In this document: one piece after another, positions 1-11,900 of the stretch | Layout of the letters: each line of letters begins with the position of its first letter | Position numbering within the stretch: the first letter of the stretch is position 1 | NCBI GenBank assembly: GCA_004431415.1 | Contig: QPMI01000036.1 | Location: 248,001-312,000 of the forward strand | DNA length: 64,000 nucleotides | DNA from: Cyanophora paradoxa CCMP329 | Lineage: Eukaryota; Plantae; Glaucophyta | Direction of reading: 5' to 3' | Translations under genes and position numbers: made by a program | Notes under the pieces: model-generated | What the model saw: the letters and a program-made list of their open reading frames with translations, nothing else | The model's database searches: none | What the model was told of the DNA's origin: nothing

Positions 1-2541
1 CCCTCGACGGCCTCCGGTGCGCCTCCGCGCCGCCCCTTCCCCCCTTTCCGCCCCCCCCCCCCCCTCCGTTCCCACCCCCCCCCCCCCCCCCCGCCGCCGG
101 CGCCGGGGGCGATGGGGAGGGCGGGGGGGGCAGGTTCCCTCGGCTGGAGAGCGTGGACCTCGCCTGCAGGGGCGTGAGCCCCCTCGAAGCGCGCCGCCTC
201 CTCCGCGCCCTCCCCGCCCTCCGCGACCTCTACCTCGTCCGCCCCGCGCCGCCCGCCCCGCCCCGCCCCGTCGCACTCCTCGCGATCGCGCGCTCGCAGC
301 TCGCGCCGGAGAGGCGCGGGTTTGCGCTCTGGGGCGTGGAGCAGGCGCCGGCGCTGCAGTGGGAGGAGGTGTTCGCGGAGGAGGCCTCCTCCCCCCGCCG
401 CCTCTGCATCCGCACGCCCCTCGTGCGCCCCCTCGATCCCGAGCCCCCGGGGCCCTCCGAGACTCACGCGACTCCGCGGCGGCCGCAGCGCGACATGGAC
501 GCCGCGTCTCTGCGGGCGCTCCGCGCGCACTTCGACGGGACGGCGTACCCCCGCCCCCCGGAGTCCTGCCTCGACGTGCCTCGTCTCGCGCTTCCCGCCT
601 TCTTCGAAGGTCTCCGAGCAGCTCTAAATCTTTGCGAGAGTTGCGCGCCTGGCGATCGTAGCTGACGCTCGCGGCGGCAGCGCTCTCGATGGGGGCGAGT
701 GGGGTGGAGGATGCGCGGAAGCTCGTCTCCGCCCTCGGCCTCTCGCCCCTCGCGCGTCCGCAGGCGCACCCGACCGGCCGCGACCCGTGGGCACGCCCTC
801 CCGCTCCCTGCCGCCCGGGCCGCGCCGGGCCGGGGCGCCAACCCCCTCGGAGCAGGTGCCGCCGTACTTCCGCCCGACAGCGGGCGGGGCGAGGGCGGTG
901 CAGAAGACGGCCCTCGAGCTCCTCGTGAGTGCGCACGCGTGCACGCCGGCGCACGCGTACGAGAGGCGCGCCCCCGTCGATGCCTCCACAGTGCGGGAGG
1001 CGAGCTCCCCTCCGCCTCTCCTTCGAGTTCGCCGGCCGCCTCTCACCCGCGCCGCGCCGCAGCTGATCGGGGAGTGGGGGCTCGCGCCCCTGTTGAACGG
1101 AGGGAGCGTGCTGCAGCTCGCCGCCACGCACCACCCGGCACTCATCGACATGCTGGTCGAGGCCGGCGCCGACCCCGCCCTCCAGGCGCCCCCCGCCCCG
1201 CCCCGCGCGCTCGCCCTCGCGCCCCACGCGACCTTTCCTCACGTGCACGCCGCTGTGTAGGACGCAAGAGGCGCTCCCGCGTTGCTCGCTGCGTGCAAGG
1301 CCGGGCAGGAAGAGGCCGTGCGCGCATTGCTAAAGCTTGGCGCCGACCCGCACTGCACGGTACAGCCCTGTATCGACACGTATCCAATCCCGCGCGCCTT
1401 GACTCCCTCCTCCCTCGCGGGGCGGCGCCGGCAGGACACCGATGGCTCCACTTTGCTGCACGTTGTCTGCAAACAAGGCCTCGTGTCTTTGGCTCAGGCT
1501 CTGGTCGAGGCCGGCGCAGATCCCTCCTCCCTCCAGGCGCCCCCGGCCCCGCTCTCGCCCTGGCCCCAGCGCCCTTTCCTCACGCCGCTCGTGCAGGACG
1601 CTCGGGGCGCTGCCGCGTTGCTCGCTGCGTGCAAGGACGGGCGGGAAGACGCCGTGCGCGCTCTGCTCAAGTTTGGCGCCGACCCGCTCTCCAGGGTGCC
1701 CCCTCCTCGATGCCCCGCCCGCCCCAGCCCCAGAGCCCTCCGCCCGTGACGGAGCGGCGCGGCCGCGGGGCAGGACGCAGCGGGCGCGACTCCTCTCCAC
1801 GTCGCGTGCGAGCTGGGCCTGCTGAAGGCGGCGCGGGCGGTGCTGGAGGCGGCGGGGGGCGCGGGCGTGGACGCGCTCTCCGCGAGGGACGCCGCCGGCC
1901 GCACCCCACTCCAGAGGCTCGCCGGCTCCCACTCGCGACCGGCACCGGCGCCCGCGCCCGCGCTGGAGCCTGAGGACGACCTCGACGAGCCGCACGCGCC
2001 GCTCTGGAACGGCCTGTGGCGCGATCCGGAGCAGACGCCTCTCGAGCAAAATAGGATCGACCGCGAGCAGCGGGTGCGGCACAGCCAGTCGCTCATCGCC
2101 CTCCACGTCTTCGGCCTGCGACTCTTCAGCTCGGGCCCGCTGGTCTCCCCCCCGCTCGAGGGGCCCCAGCTGGAGGCGCTGGGGGTGCGCCGCGCCTTCC
2201 TGGAGGAGGCGGTGTGGGGCGGGGAGGGGAACGAGCCGCTGCTCCACTTCGCTGTGCGCGAGGCGACCTCCTCCGTCGTGCGCGCCCTCCTCCGCGCCGG
2301 CGCCGACCCCTGCCAGCAGGTCCGCCCCCCCCCCCCCCCCCCACCCCCCACCCCCCCCCCCCCCACCCCCCTTCCCCCCCGCCTGAGCGTGCGCTGGGGG
2401 CAGGACGGGGCGCGGGGCGGGGTGACGGCGCTGCGGGTGGCGGAGGCGGGGCAGCACGCGGAGCTGGCGAGGGCCATCCGCGCCTTCGCGAAGGAGAGGG
2501 GCATCCCCCTGGAGCACCTCCGCGGCGCCGCCGGGCCGTAG
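1..2541 (+). CDS. Ankyrin-repeat protein, 5'-truncated by the window, multi-exon; N-terminal part weakly LRR-like
   Basis: Spliced reading links 'PRLESVDL..LPALRDLYL' through intron ~611-680 (GT..CTGAC..GCAG) in frame to ankyrin exons (GSVLQLAATHHPALIDMLVEAGADP; ALLAACKAGQEEAVRALLKLGADP; STLLHVVCKQGLVSLAQALVEAGADP; TPLHVACELG; PLLHFAVREATSSVVRALLRAGADP). Stop TAG at 2539-2541. Confidence 0.8.
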
Positions 2542-2599
2542 ACCGCCGCCCCCTCGAGCTCCACCCTCGAGCTCCACCGAGCTCAGGCCTGCAGCGCAA

Positions 2600-3700
2600 G
2601 CTTAGGCTTGGGCTGCCCTGCGCTGCACGTAGCTAGGCCTACTTCGAATTCCGAAGTTCAGCTTTATTTGACCCGGCGACTCGGCGATCTCCGGACTCCG
2701 AGGATCCGATCGCGAGCTAGGCTCACTGATCATGAGTCAGCTGCGGCAGTGCGGCAGTGCCTCCGCGCCACTTGCACGGTGGCCAACTTGGCAAGATGCA
2801 TGCCATGATGCCTTGATGATGCAGACATCGACACTTTTTCGAGTTCAACGGTTCCAGGCTGCAAGGCTTTAACTTGCGGCCTTCTAAGGCTTCAAGTTCC
2901 GAGTTTCGAGTTTCGAGCTTCAAGGCTTCGGAACTTCGAGGCCTTCAAGGCCTGAGGCTTGAGGCCCTAAGGCATCATGATTACTAGGCCTAGTAAACTA
3001 AATTTCGTAATCAAGATTCCATGTTCTCATGATCCGACTCGGCGATGATCAATTCGAAATTTCAGTTTTTCAGCCTGGCAGGCTGTTCATGATCAGTTTT
3101 GATCTGATCTGATCTGATCTGATCTGAATCTGAATCTAGCTATAGATCTGACTCAGTGAACCGTTGAACTTCGGAATTCTTCAATTCTCAAATCCGATGA
3201 TCTGCCAGTCTCCGGGGTCCAGACTCGTGCCTGGCAGCCTGGCAGCTCTAGATCTAGATCTCTCTCCGGGCTGGGTCAGCTGCAGGCTCATGATCATGAT
3301 CAGCGGCTGCAGCTGGCTGATCTGCCACTGGGCCAGATCTGCGGGGGGAAGGCTCAGCGGGATGCCATGATATCCCTTAGACTCTGAGACTCGCGATCAG
3401 AGGCTTGCGCGGTCGTCCGAGATCCGGATCCGGATTTTCAGAGTCTTCCCCGAGCTATAGCTAGCGCTAGCGCTCAACGCACCGTCACACTGCTGGCACC
3501 GCGTACGCGTACGCGTGGCACGCCGTGCACGTGCACGTGTGTGGCAAGCAGACCCGGGACCCGCGGCCCAGCCCCGGGCCCAGTGCTGGGGTTTGACGTG
3601 GACGTGCAAGCCTATGATCATCGAAGGCAGACCGTCGGACGTCGGACGGGAAGGCTGATCATGAGGTGGGAGAAATTCGATTCGATGGCTCGAACGACGG
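2600..3700. repeat. Intergenic tract of interlocked short palindromic tandem repeats
   Basis: (GATCT)5 3101-3125; TCTAGATCTAGATCT 3247-3261; TCATGATCATGATCA 3288-3302; GATCCGGATCCGGAT 3421-3435; AGCTATAGCTAGCGCTAGCGCT 3453-3474; CGCGTACGCGTACGCGT 3500-3516; CGTGCACGTGCACGTG 3524-3539. Confidence 0.85.
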
Positions 3701-3732
3701 CGACGGCGTGACGGCCCCGGTCGGGGCCGGGG

Positions 3733-5709
3733 CTAGGCGGGCTGGGGCGGGGGCGCCTCTGGGGTGCAGGCGAAGACGAAGTAGGCCTTGCCGTCCTTCT
3801 CGACCTGGAAGACGTCGGCGACGGTCCACCCGAGCGTCTCCTCCACGAAGCAGAGCCGCTGGTGCGCGTCCCCCACCGTCACCAGCACCAGCAGCCCGCC
3901 CGGCGCCAGCACCCGCCGCGCCTCGTCCCTGCCCCGTCCCGCCCCCCGTCAGCCGCAGCCCGGGCGGGGCGGGGGGGCGAGCGGGCCAGATGGCGCGGAG
4001 GATCTGGGGGGCGCCCTCCTTGTAGAAGATCCCGTCCAGGCCCCCTGCCCCCGTCCCGCCCCGGCAGCCTCAGCCGGCGCCCCTCGCCCGGGGCGGCGCG
4101 GGGGGCGGCGCGCCCTTGTCAAAGACGCAGTCGAAGGAGCGGGAGCGGTACGGCAGGCGCCGCCCGTCCGCCACCAGAAAGTCTGCCGCCCCGTCGCTCC
4201 TCGGGCGGGGGGGGAAGGGGGGGGAAAGGGGTGGGGTACCGTGGCCGGCCTGGGCGGCGGCCTCGGGGGAGCCCGGGGGAGCGGCGCGCGCGGCGAGGAA
4301 GGAGACGGCGGTCGGTGAGATGTCGCAGCTGCCGCCGCCCTCGGAACGCGGCGGCGGGGGCCGGCGGGGGCGGGGGCGGCACCTCTGCACGAAGGACCAG
4401 CCCTCCCGCGCCATCAGGAACGGCTGCAGGCTGCACGCGCCCCCGCCCTCTCAGCGGCGCCGGAGCGAGCTCGGGGGGGGGGGGGCGGGCGGGCCTGTTG
4501 CCGCAGCCGAAGTTGAGGATGCGGGCGGGGCGGGGGACGTGCTTCTCGAAGACGACGCGGAGGGCGGCCCAGTCGCAGTACCAGTCGAACGGCGTCGCCG
4601 TGCTCCGGTAGTGCCCCTCCCAGTACTCGTCTGCCGCCCCGCGTCGGCGCGGCGGGGCGCGGCGGGGGCGGGGGCGGGGCGCGGGGGCGGGCCCTGGGAG
4701 AAGTCGGGCATCGGGGTGAGCTCGCCCCGCAGGAGGGGCTCCCCCCTGGGGGCGGCCCGCAGCAGGTGCGCCACCGTGAACGCCCGTCTGCGCCCCCGTC
4801 ACCCGCACCGCCCGGCTCGCCCCGCGCAGGGCCCGGGCCCCGCACCCCGCGCCGACGTCCACGAAGATCTGAGGCGGGGGCCCGGGGCGCGTCAGGCGAG
4901 GGCCGGGGCCGGGGCCGGGGCCGGGGCCGGGGCGGGGCGCCTTGCAGGCGAGGTGGGGCTCCCTGTGCTCGCCGGCGTACTCGAGGCACGTCGCCACGTC
5001 CGACATCAGGAAGCTGCCGCCTCGTCAGGCGCCGCCCCGGGCCGGCGGGGTGGGGCGGGGCGGTGCGGGCGCGCTTGTAGTGCTGCGTGGAGGAGGCGGC
5101 GAGGACGTATTGAAAGGCGATGCGGAAGAGGTTCTTCATCACGAAGCCCGGCGCCTCCTCCTGCGCCGGCGTCGGCGAGGCGGAGGCGGGGGCGGGCCGG
5201 CCGGCGATCGGCGCACGGCGGGGAGGGGCTCGTCAATCACGCCCATCTCGTAGAGCAGCGCCGTCGCGAGGCCCTGCGAGCGCGCGTCGGGATCTCGCGG
5301 CGCGGGGCCAAGCGCGCCGCACGCCGAGCCGGCAGCGACGGCGGCGAGCGCACCGTCGCGAGGTCGGGCTCGGCGCGGATGTGCTTCTCGGCCTCTTGCC
5401 TGTTCCGCCATGTCCACAGATGCGGGAACACCCAAACGCTCTCGCTCGATGGCGCGAGGTCCCGCGCGGCGACGACGCTGCGGCGGCGGTGAGCGCGGCA
5501 CGGGAGCGTGTTGCGTGCTGCGTCCGAGCGCACTACGCGCGTGCAATCTGGTGGTCGTCTCGCGAGCGCAGCTCGAGGTCGTCGGCGGTGCTGTACTGCT
5601 GCAGGCGCAGCTTCCGCGCTAGGGCCTTCGCAATCTCGGGCGGATACTGCTGGAACTGAATGCGGTTCGCCGCGATGAACTCGGCATCTTCATCCCGATC
5701 GGGGGGCAT
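3733..5709 (-). CDS. TTLL12-like N-terminal (SET-like) domain fused to a METTL13/EEF1AKMT4-like class I SAM methyltransferase
   Basis: Spliced C-terminal part: DEYWEGHY..PFDWY..ARILNFGCGNS..SCDIS..FLVADGRRLPYRSRSFDCVFDKGGLD..RRVLAPGG, stop 3733-3735. N-terminal part (EFIAANR..KALARKL..VWVFPHLWTW..VMKNLFRIAFQY..FLMSDVA..AFTVAHLLRAAPRGEPLLR) resembles the TTLL12 N-terminus from memory. Confidence 0.8.
4900..4932. repeat. (GGGGCC)n hexanucleotide repeat inside an intron
   Basis: About five GGGGCC units on the + strand, at the 5' end of a minus-strand intron. Confidence 0.8.
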
Positions 5710-5942
5710 GCGGGCGGGCCGGGCGCGCAACGACGAAAGTGACCCTTGTCGGGAGTGGAGCCCCCGCAGAGGAGCGGTTTTGGGCGAGCGCGGGATTCGA
5801 AACCGTGTGCCTGCGCAGCCTCTAAATCGCTGAACTTCGCCGAAATCTCTCTTGGCCCCTCGAATATCCGATGGCGCCAGCCACGCCCAGCGAGCGTAAC
5901 ATTAAATCGTACAGTCTTAATTCGACAGCAACGGAGCAGGTC

Positions 5943-8900
5943 TCAGCGGTCGCCGATGAGGCGGCCGCGGGCGAGCCCCTGCTGGAAGGCGCCGAAGGCG
6001 TCCATGCCGCGCCGCGCGCCCCGCGCGTCCGCCGTCCCCGGGCCCGTGCTCGCCAGCAGCGCCGCCTCCTGCGCTCCGCATCGGCGGCGCGGGGGCGGGG
6101 GCGGAGGCGGGGGCGGGGCGGGCCTGACGGCGGAGGCGGGCGAGGAAGTCGTCGCAGGTGGAGAGGAGCGTGTCGTCCCGGTCCCGCTGCCCCCGCCTCA
6201 GCCGCCGCCGGGCCGGGGGCGGGCGGGCCGGGGCGGGGCACCTGGGCGGTCTGCTGCTGGCGGAGGTTGCGCTTCAGGCGCTCGATCTCCTGCCGCAGCT
6301 CCCGACCTCCTCCTCGGGGGGCCGGCCCGCGGCCCCGCGCCCCGCCCCGCCGCCCGCCCCGTCCGCCGCCGCGAACGGGTCCTCCTCCACGTACCCCGCC
6401 CGCGGCGGGGCCGTCGCGCCCCACGTCCGGCCCGCCGCCGGCCCCGCCCGGGGGCCCCCGCCGTCGCCGCGCCCCAGGCCGCGCGCGGGACCGGCGGCGG
6501 CGCCGGCATCGTCCCCGCCATGCCGTACGGCGCGGGGTAGGGCGCCGGTGCGTAGGGGTACGGGGGCGCGGCCACCGGCACGAAGCCCGGGTACGGCGGC
6601 ATGGCGTAGGGGTAGGGGTAGGCGGGGCCGGGGACGAGCATGGAGGCGGCGAGGTCGACGGGGGGCGGGGCCTGGCGCGGGGCTGCGCCGCGGGGCGGGA
6701 CGTACTGGTAGGTCGCCCCGGGGCTCTGCGGCCGCCCCGGCGCCGCTGCGCCCTTCGAGGGCGACCCCGTCGCGCTCGCCGGCCGCCGCCGCCCCCCGTC
6801 TGGCCCAGCGTCCGCCCGCCGTCCCTCCAGCGGCCGCGGCGGAGACTGCGGCGGCGCGCCGTACGGGGCGGCGTAGGGGTACGGGCGGGACGGGGTAGGC
6901 GAGGGGTGGGCGAGGGGCGGGGCGGGGTAGGCGGGAGGGGCGCCGGGGCGGGCGGGGCGTAGTAGGGGTCCGGGAGGGGCGGGCCCCAGTCGCCCTCGCC
7001 CGAGCCGTACGGGTCGTCCGGCTGCGCCCCGGCCGGCTCGAGGCGGGCGCGGCGGGAGCGGGCAAGGCGGGGGCGGGGGCGGGGCAGCGGACCGCGTCGG
7101 CGTACTGGAGGCGGACCTGGACACGGCCGCGGATCTTGCCGTCGTGCTCGGCGTCCTGCTGGAGCGTGCAGATGATGTCGTCGAGCTGGTGCTCCCGCAG
7201 CGTCGAGAGGGGCAGCTGCGACTCGCCCACCAGCCGCTCCGCCACCTCGTGCCCCTCCCCCGTCACGTCGAAGATCCCGATCCGCAGGAACCCGTTGCCC
7301 CCGCCCCGCGGCCCCCGCGCCGGCGCCGGCGCCGCCTTCTCCGCGCGGCGCGGCTGCGGCGGGGCGGGTGAGCGGGGCGGGAGGGCGGGGGCGGGGCGGG
7401 GGCGGGTGCGGGGCGGGGGCGAGGGCCGCACGCGGGGCGGCCGATGTACTGGAGGCGGAGGAAGGCCTCGGGGAGGCCCCGCGTAGCGCTTCCCCTTGGG
7501 GCGGCGAGGCGGAACCACTGGGCCGTCTCCTGCTTCACCCCCGCGTTCCACCGGCGAGCTCGGCCAGCGGGATGCGCAGCAAGCCGAGGCACTCCTCGGG
7601 GCGCTGGGCGCGGGGCAGGGGCCGGTTGGGCTTGAGGCCGCGGAAGACGGTGAGGAGGAGGACGTCCTTGTGCTCCAGGTGCTCGCTGCCGCCCCATCAG
7701 ACGACGGCAAAGCAGGGAGGGGCGGGGCGGGGCGGACAAGAGGAAAGAGTCGTCGAACTTGACGGCGGCGCCGCGGTCCCCGGGGCCAGCGCCACCCGCG
7801 CGCTCCGGCACCGGTCCCCGATCGCCACCTCCGTCCACACGTACGTCGTGTAGTCGGGCCCCACGCCGGCGGCGAAGGAGGGGCTCGAGGCCGGGAGGCG
7901 GCGGACGCGGAGCTGGGAGAGCTTGAGCTTGCCCGAGCGGCGCTGCTCCTCGCCGGCGAGGGGGTACGGGGTGGCGACGGAGGTGAGGGAGGAGTAGGAG
8001 GCGAGGGAGAGCTCGTCGACGAGTTCGCCGGCCTCCGACCCGAACGCCTCCGACGGCGCCGGCCACCGCGCCTCCGCATCCTCCTCCAGCTCCGGCTCGG
8101 GCCGCGGCCTCGGGGGCGGCGGCGGGGCGGGGCCGGCTTGGGCGAGGGCGGCTTCTTGACGACGGAGGAGGACTTGACGGCGCGCACGGCCCGCGCCCCG
8201 CCCCCGCCACCGGCAGGTCCCCGCCGGCTCCTCCGGCTCCACCACCGGCGCCTGCCCGCCCCGTCAGGCGGGGCCGGGCCGGGGCGGGGAGGGCGGGCGG
8301 GGCGGCACCGGCTTGATGGGCCGCTCCATGGTGCGCGAGGGCGGGACCTTGGGCTTCGGCGGGGGCGGCGGGGCGGCTCGGGCTCGGCGGGCGGGGGCGG
8401 GGCGGGGCCGGCTCGGCCTTCGGGGGCGGCTTGGGGGCGGGGGCGGGGAGGGGCTGGAGGTCCTTGTAGAGGGGCCGCCAGAGGCCGCGGAAGACGAGCT
8501 GGCCGGCCGGCTGCCCCTGGAAGACCAGGGGGACGTCGATGTCGTCGGACTCGGCCCCGCCGGGGGCCTCGGGCCCGGGCTTGGCGATGCGGCGGATGTC
8601 GGCGACGGACATCTTGGCGGAGCCGACGAGGTCGTCCTTCGCGAGGGCCTGGTCGTCGAAGACCTCGAAGGTGACCTCGGAGGCGTCCCCCGCCACCTCG
8701 AAGTCGATCATCGCCTTGAACGCCTCCGCCCAGTCCGGGTCCGCCCCCTTGGCCTTCCCGTCCTGGAACTCGCACGCCTGCCCGTCCACCGACACCTTCA
8801 CATACGGGTCCAGCGAGCGGTACTTGCTCGGCTTCCGCAGCCCCCGCGCCCGCAGCGCTGCCACCGGCGTCGGGCCGGCGGCGGCGGCGGTGGCGGGGGC

Positions 8901-11900
8901 GGGGGCGGGGGCGGGGGCGGACGGCGGAGAAAGAGGGAGCCGGCCTTCATGCCGGGGCCGTTGTAGGCGCCGCTCTTCTTGCAGGCGCGCGGGGCCTTGA
9001 TGGCGGCCCCCTTCTGCGCCTCGATGACCCGCACCAGGACGACCACCTTGGTCGGCTCCGCGGGGCTCGGCGCCTTCCGCCCCGCCTCCAGCTGCACCTC
9101 GAACACCGACTTCGACACCGGCTGCGCGCCAGCCGCCGCAGGTCGGGGGATGCGGGGCCGGCGGGTGCGGGGGCCGGGCGGGGCGCCATTGCACCTGAGC
9201 GAAGAAGTCCTTGACGTTCTTGCGGGCCTTGCCGAGGAGGTTGTCCACCTTGGCGACGTCATCGTCCCACAGCTCGAGCTCCAGCGCCTGGTCGAACTCC
9301 ACCAGCACCCTGCCCCCCGCCCCGCCCCGTCGCCCCGCGCCCCCCTCGCCCCGGCGGGGGCGGGGCGGGGCGGGCGTACACGTCGTCGAGCTGGTCGTTG
9401 AAGGTGACGAGCTCGCCCTTCTGGTCCTTCACCGTGCGCGTGCGCCGCTCCTCGCCCTGCACCTTCAGCACCACGTACGGGTCCGACGTGTTCTTCCCCA
9501 CCAGCCGGAAGTCCGCCGCCGGCACGTTCTGCCCGTAAAGCACTGCGCCCCGCCTCAGCGCCGCCGGCGGGGGCGGGCCCGGCGGGGCGGGGCGGGCCCT
9601 TGAGGTTGAGGACGAAGCGGCCCGGGGAGAAGAGGGCGAGGTCGATGGGCGGGGCGGTGCCGATGAGGGCCTCCTCGGCGGCGGCCTCCTGCTTGGCGAC
9701 GACGACGGCGGTCGAGGCCGGCCCTCCATCTTCTCCGCCGCCTGCGTGATCTCCTCCTGCTTCGTGAACTTCGGCACGTAGAGCATCTTGACGACGACCT
9801 GGGAGGGCGGGCCGGGCTGCCCCGAGGTGCCCCCTCGAGGTTCCGAGTGAGCGTCTTCGTGCCGCCCCGGGCCCGGGGCGCCCCGCCTCGGAGATCGGAA
9901 TCTCCACGATGCCGAGCAGCGTGTCCGGCATCGGCGAGTTGTCGTCGTAAAACTTGAGCTGGATCGTCTGCCCGGGGTCCCGCAGCGGCCTGCCGCCCCG
10001 CGTCAGGGGGAGCTACGCGGGGCGGCCGCCGGGGGCGCACAGCTGGTACTCGTCCTCGAAGACGGGCGAGTCCTGCTCGTCCATGATCTCCGTCCGCTCC
10101 CGCCGCCGCTTCTCCCCGCTCACCCACACCTCGCAGTACGGGTCGCAGAACTCTGCCGCCCCGCCCTCGCACCCCGCCCGGCGCGGGGCCGGCGCGGGCG
10201 GGGCGGCGGGCGCACTGGAGAAGACGAAGAGGCCCGTCTTCATCTTCAGGTTAAGCGCCTTCTCGACTGCGGCGGCGTCGGCGGGAGCGGCGGGCGGGCC
10301 CGCGCGGGGCGGCGCACTGCGGAGGGTCAGGTCGCCCTGCACCTCCCCTCGGGATCTCCGCCTTGTCGCTCTCCCCGCCGGTCGCACCCGCTGCCGCGTC
10401 GCGTCGCCTCGGGCCCGCGCGGGGCGGGCGGGGCGGGGCGGGCGGGGCCGCACGGGGATGAACTGGGCCTGGATGGTGAGGAAGCCGACGGCGCGGCTGT
10501 GCTTGTCCAGCACCGGCTGCGTCAGCTGCACCACCTGCTGGCGCGCTCGGCCGGCCGGCGGCGGGCGGCGGGGCGGCGGGGCGGGCGGGCCTTGTGCGGG
10601 GTGCGCATCTCGGTGCAGTTGAACTCGGCCATGCCGATCTCGTCGTCCTTCAGGAAGTCCTTGTCCAGCACGTCGCACTGCGCCCCGCCCTCGCACCCCA
10701 CTCCGCCCAGGGCGGGCCGCGCCGCGCACCTTCAGCGTGCCCGAGGGGAGGTCCGACGAGAGCTCGCTGCGCCGCCCCTCAGCCGCGGAGGGGGCACAGC
10801 GGGGCGGGGCGGGGCGCGGACAAGGGCGGGAGGAGCTCATTCCAGGCGGGGTTCAGCTCGTTGTCGATGACCTTCGTCTTCTGCACCTGCTTCCGCAGCC
10901 GCACCCGCACGTACGGGTCCGACACGTCCTTCTTGTCGAACACTGAGGTCCCGCCCCCTCGGCCCCAGGCCCGCGGGCGGGGCGGGGCGGACGGGGCGCA
11001 CGGCTGGAGTCCATGTTCATGATGTCCTTCCCGCTGACGACCTTGACGAAAAGGTACGGCTTCGAGCTGTCGGGCGTCGCCCCGGCGCCACCAGCGTCAG
11101 CGGCACCCCCTGCCTCGCCATCCCGTCAGCCCCGCCAGGGCGCAGCGGAGCGGGGCATGCGGACGGGGCGTGGGGGTCCTGCCCGGCGGCTGCGGGGTCG
11201 TCTCCACCGCGGGGCTCCACGGCTGGAAGGCGGCCCCTGCGGCCGGCGTCGGCGGCGCGGGGAGCGGCGGGGCGGCCGGGCGGGCCTTGGGACGAAGTGG
11301 AGGTCCAGGACGACGCTGCCGTACCCCGGGAGCGGCTTCCCCGTGTACGCGTTGTTCCCCTCGAACTTGACCATCGGGAACGCGCGCCTGCCCCGGCGTC
11401 GGCGCCCGGCGGGTGGCGCGGGCGCGCGGGGCGGACCCGAGGACGGGGTTGGGGGCGGGGGAGGCGAGCTGGGCGAGGGGGATGGAGACCATGCAGACGC
11501 CGCGGGACTTGCCGAAGGTCTCCATGTCGAAGACCTGCACCTCCAGCGTCTCCGTCCCCACGTCCTGCACGTCGCTGCCCGCCCCGCTCGCCCCGCGCCC
11601 GGCGCCCCAAGCGGGGGGCGGGGGGGCGGGGGGGGGGGGGGGGCGCACAAGGGCCGCTCGGGACGCCCATGGTCTTCTCGTCCCAGACGGGGTTCAGGCT
11701 GTCCTTCCCCTTGGCCTCCTTGGTGAGGTGCAGCGTCTTCCCGCAGATGAGCTTCACGAAGGCGTCGAACTTGGACGTCCCATCATCCCGCTGTCCACCG
11801 CCGGCAGGCTCGTCGCCCCTTCACCCGCACGTACAGGTCCCCTTCTTCGGGTCCCCGTAGTACGCGCCCGTCCCCGGCCCCGCCGCCGCCCCCGCGCCCC

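Noticed and set aside
153-665. Separate small gene ending at TGA 665
   Set aside because: The TGA lies in an intron branch motif (CTGAC); splicing continues in frame into the ankyrin exons.
2600-3700. Synthetic polylinker, vector contamination or CRISPR array
   Set aside because: Similar but non-identical tracts recur in several spacers; there is no vector backbone and no repeat-spacer periodicity.
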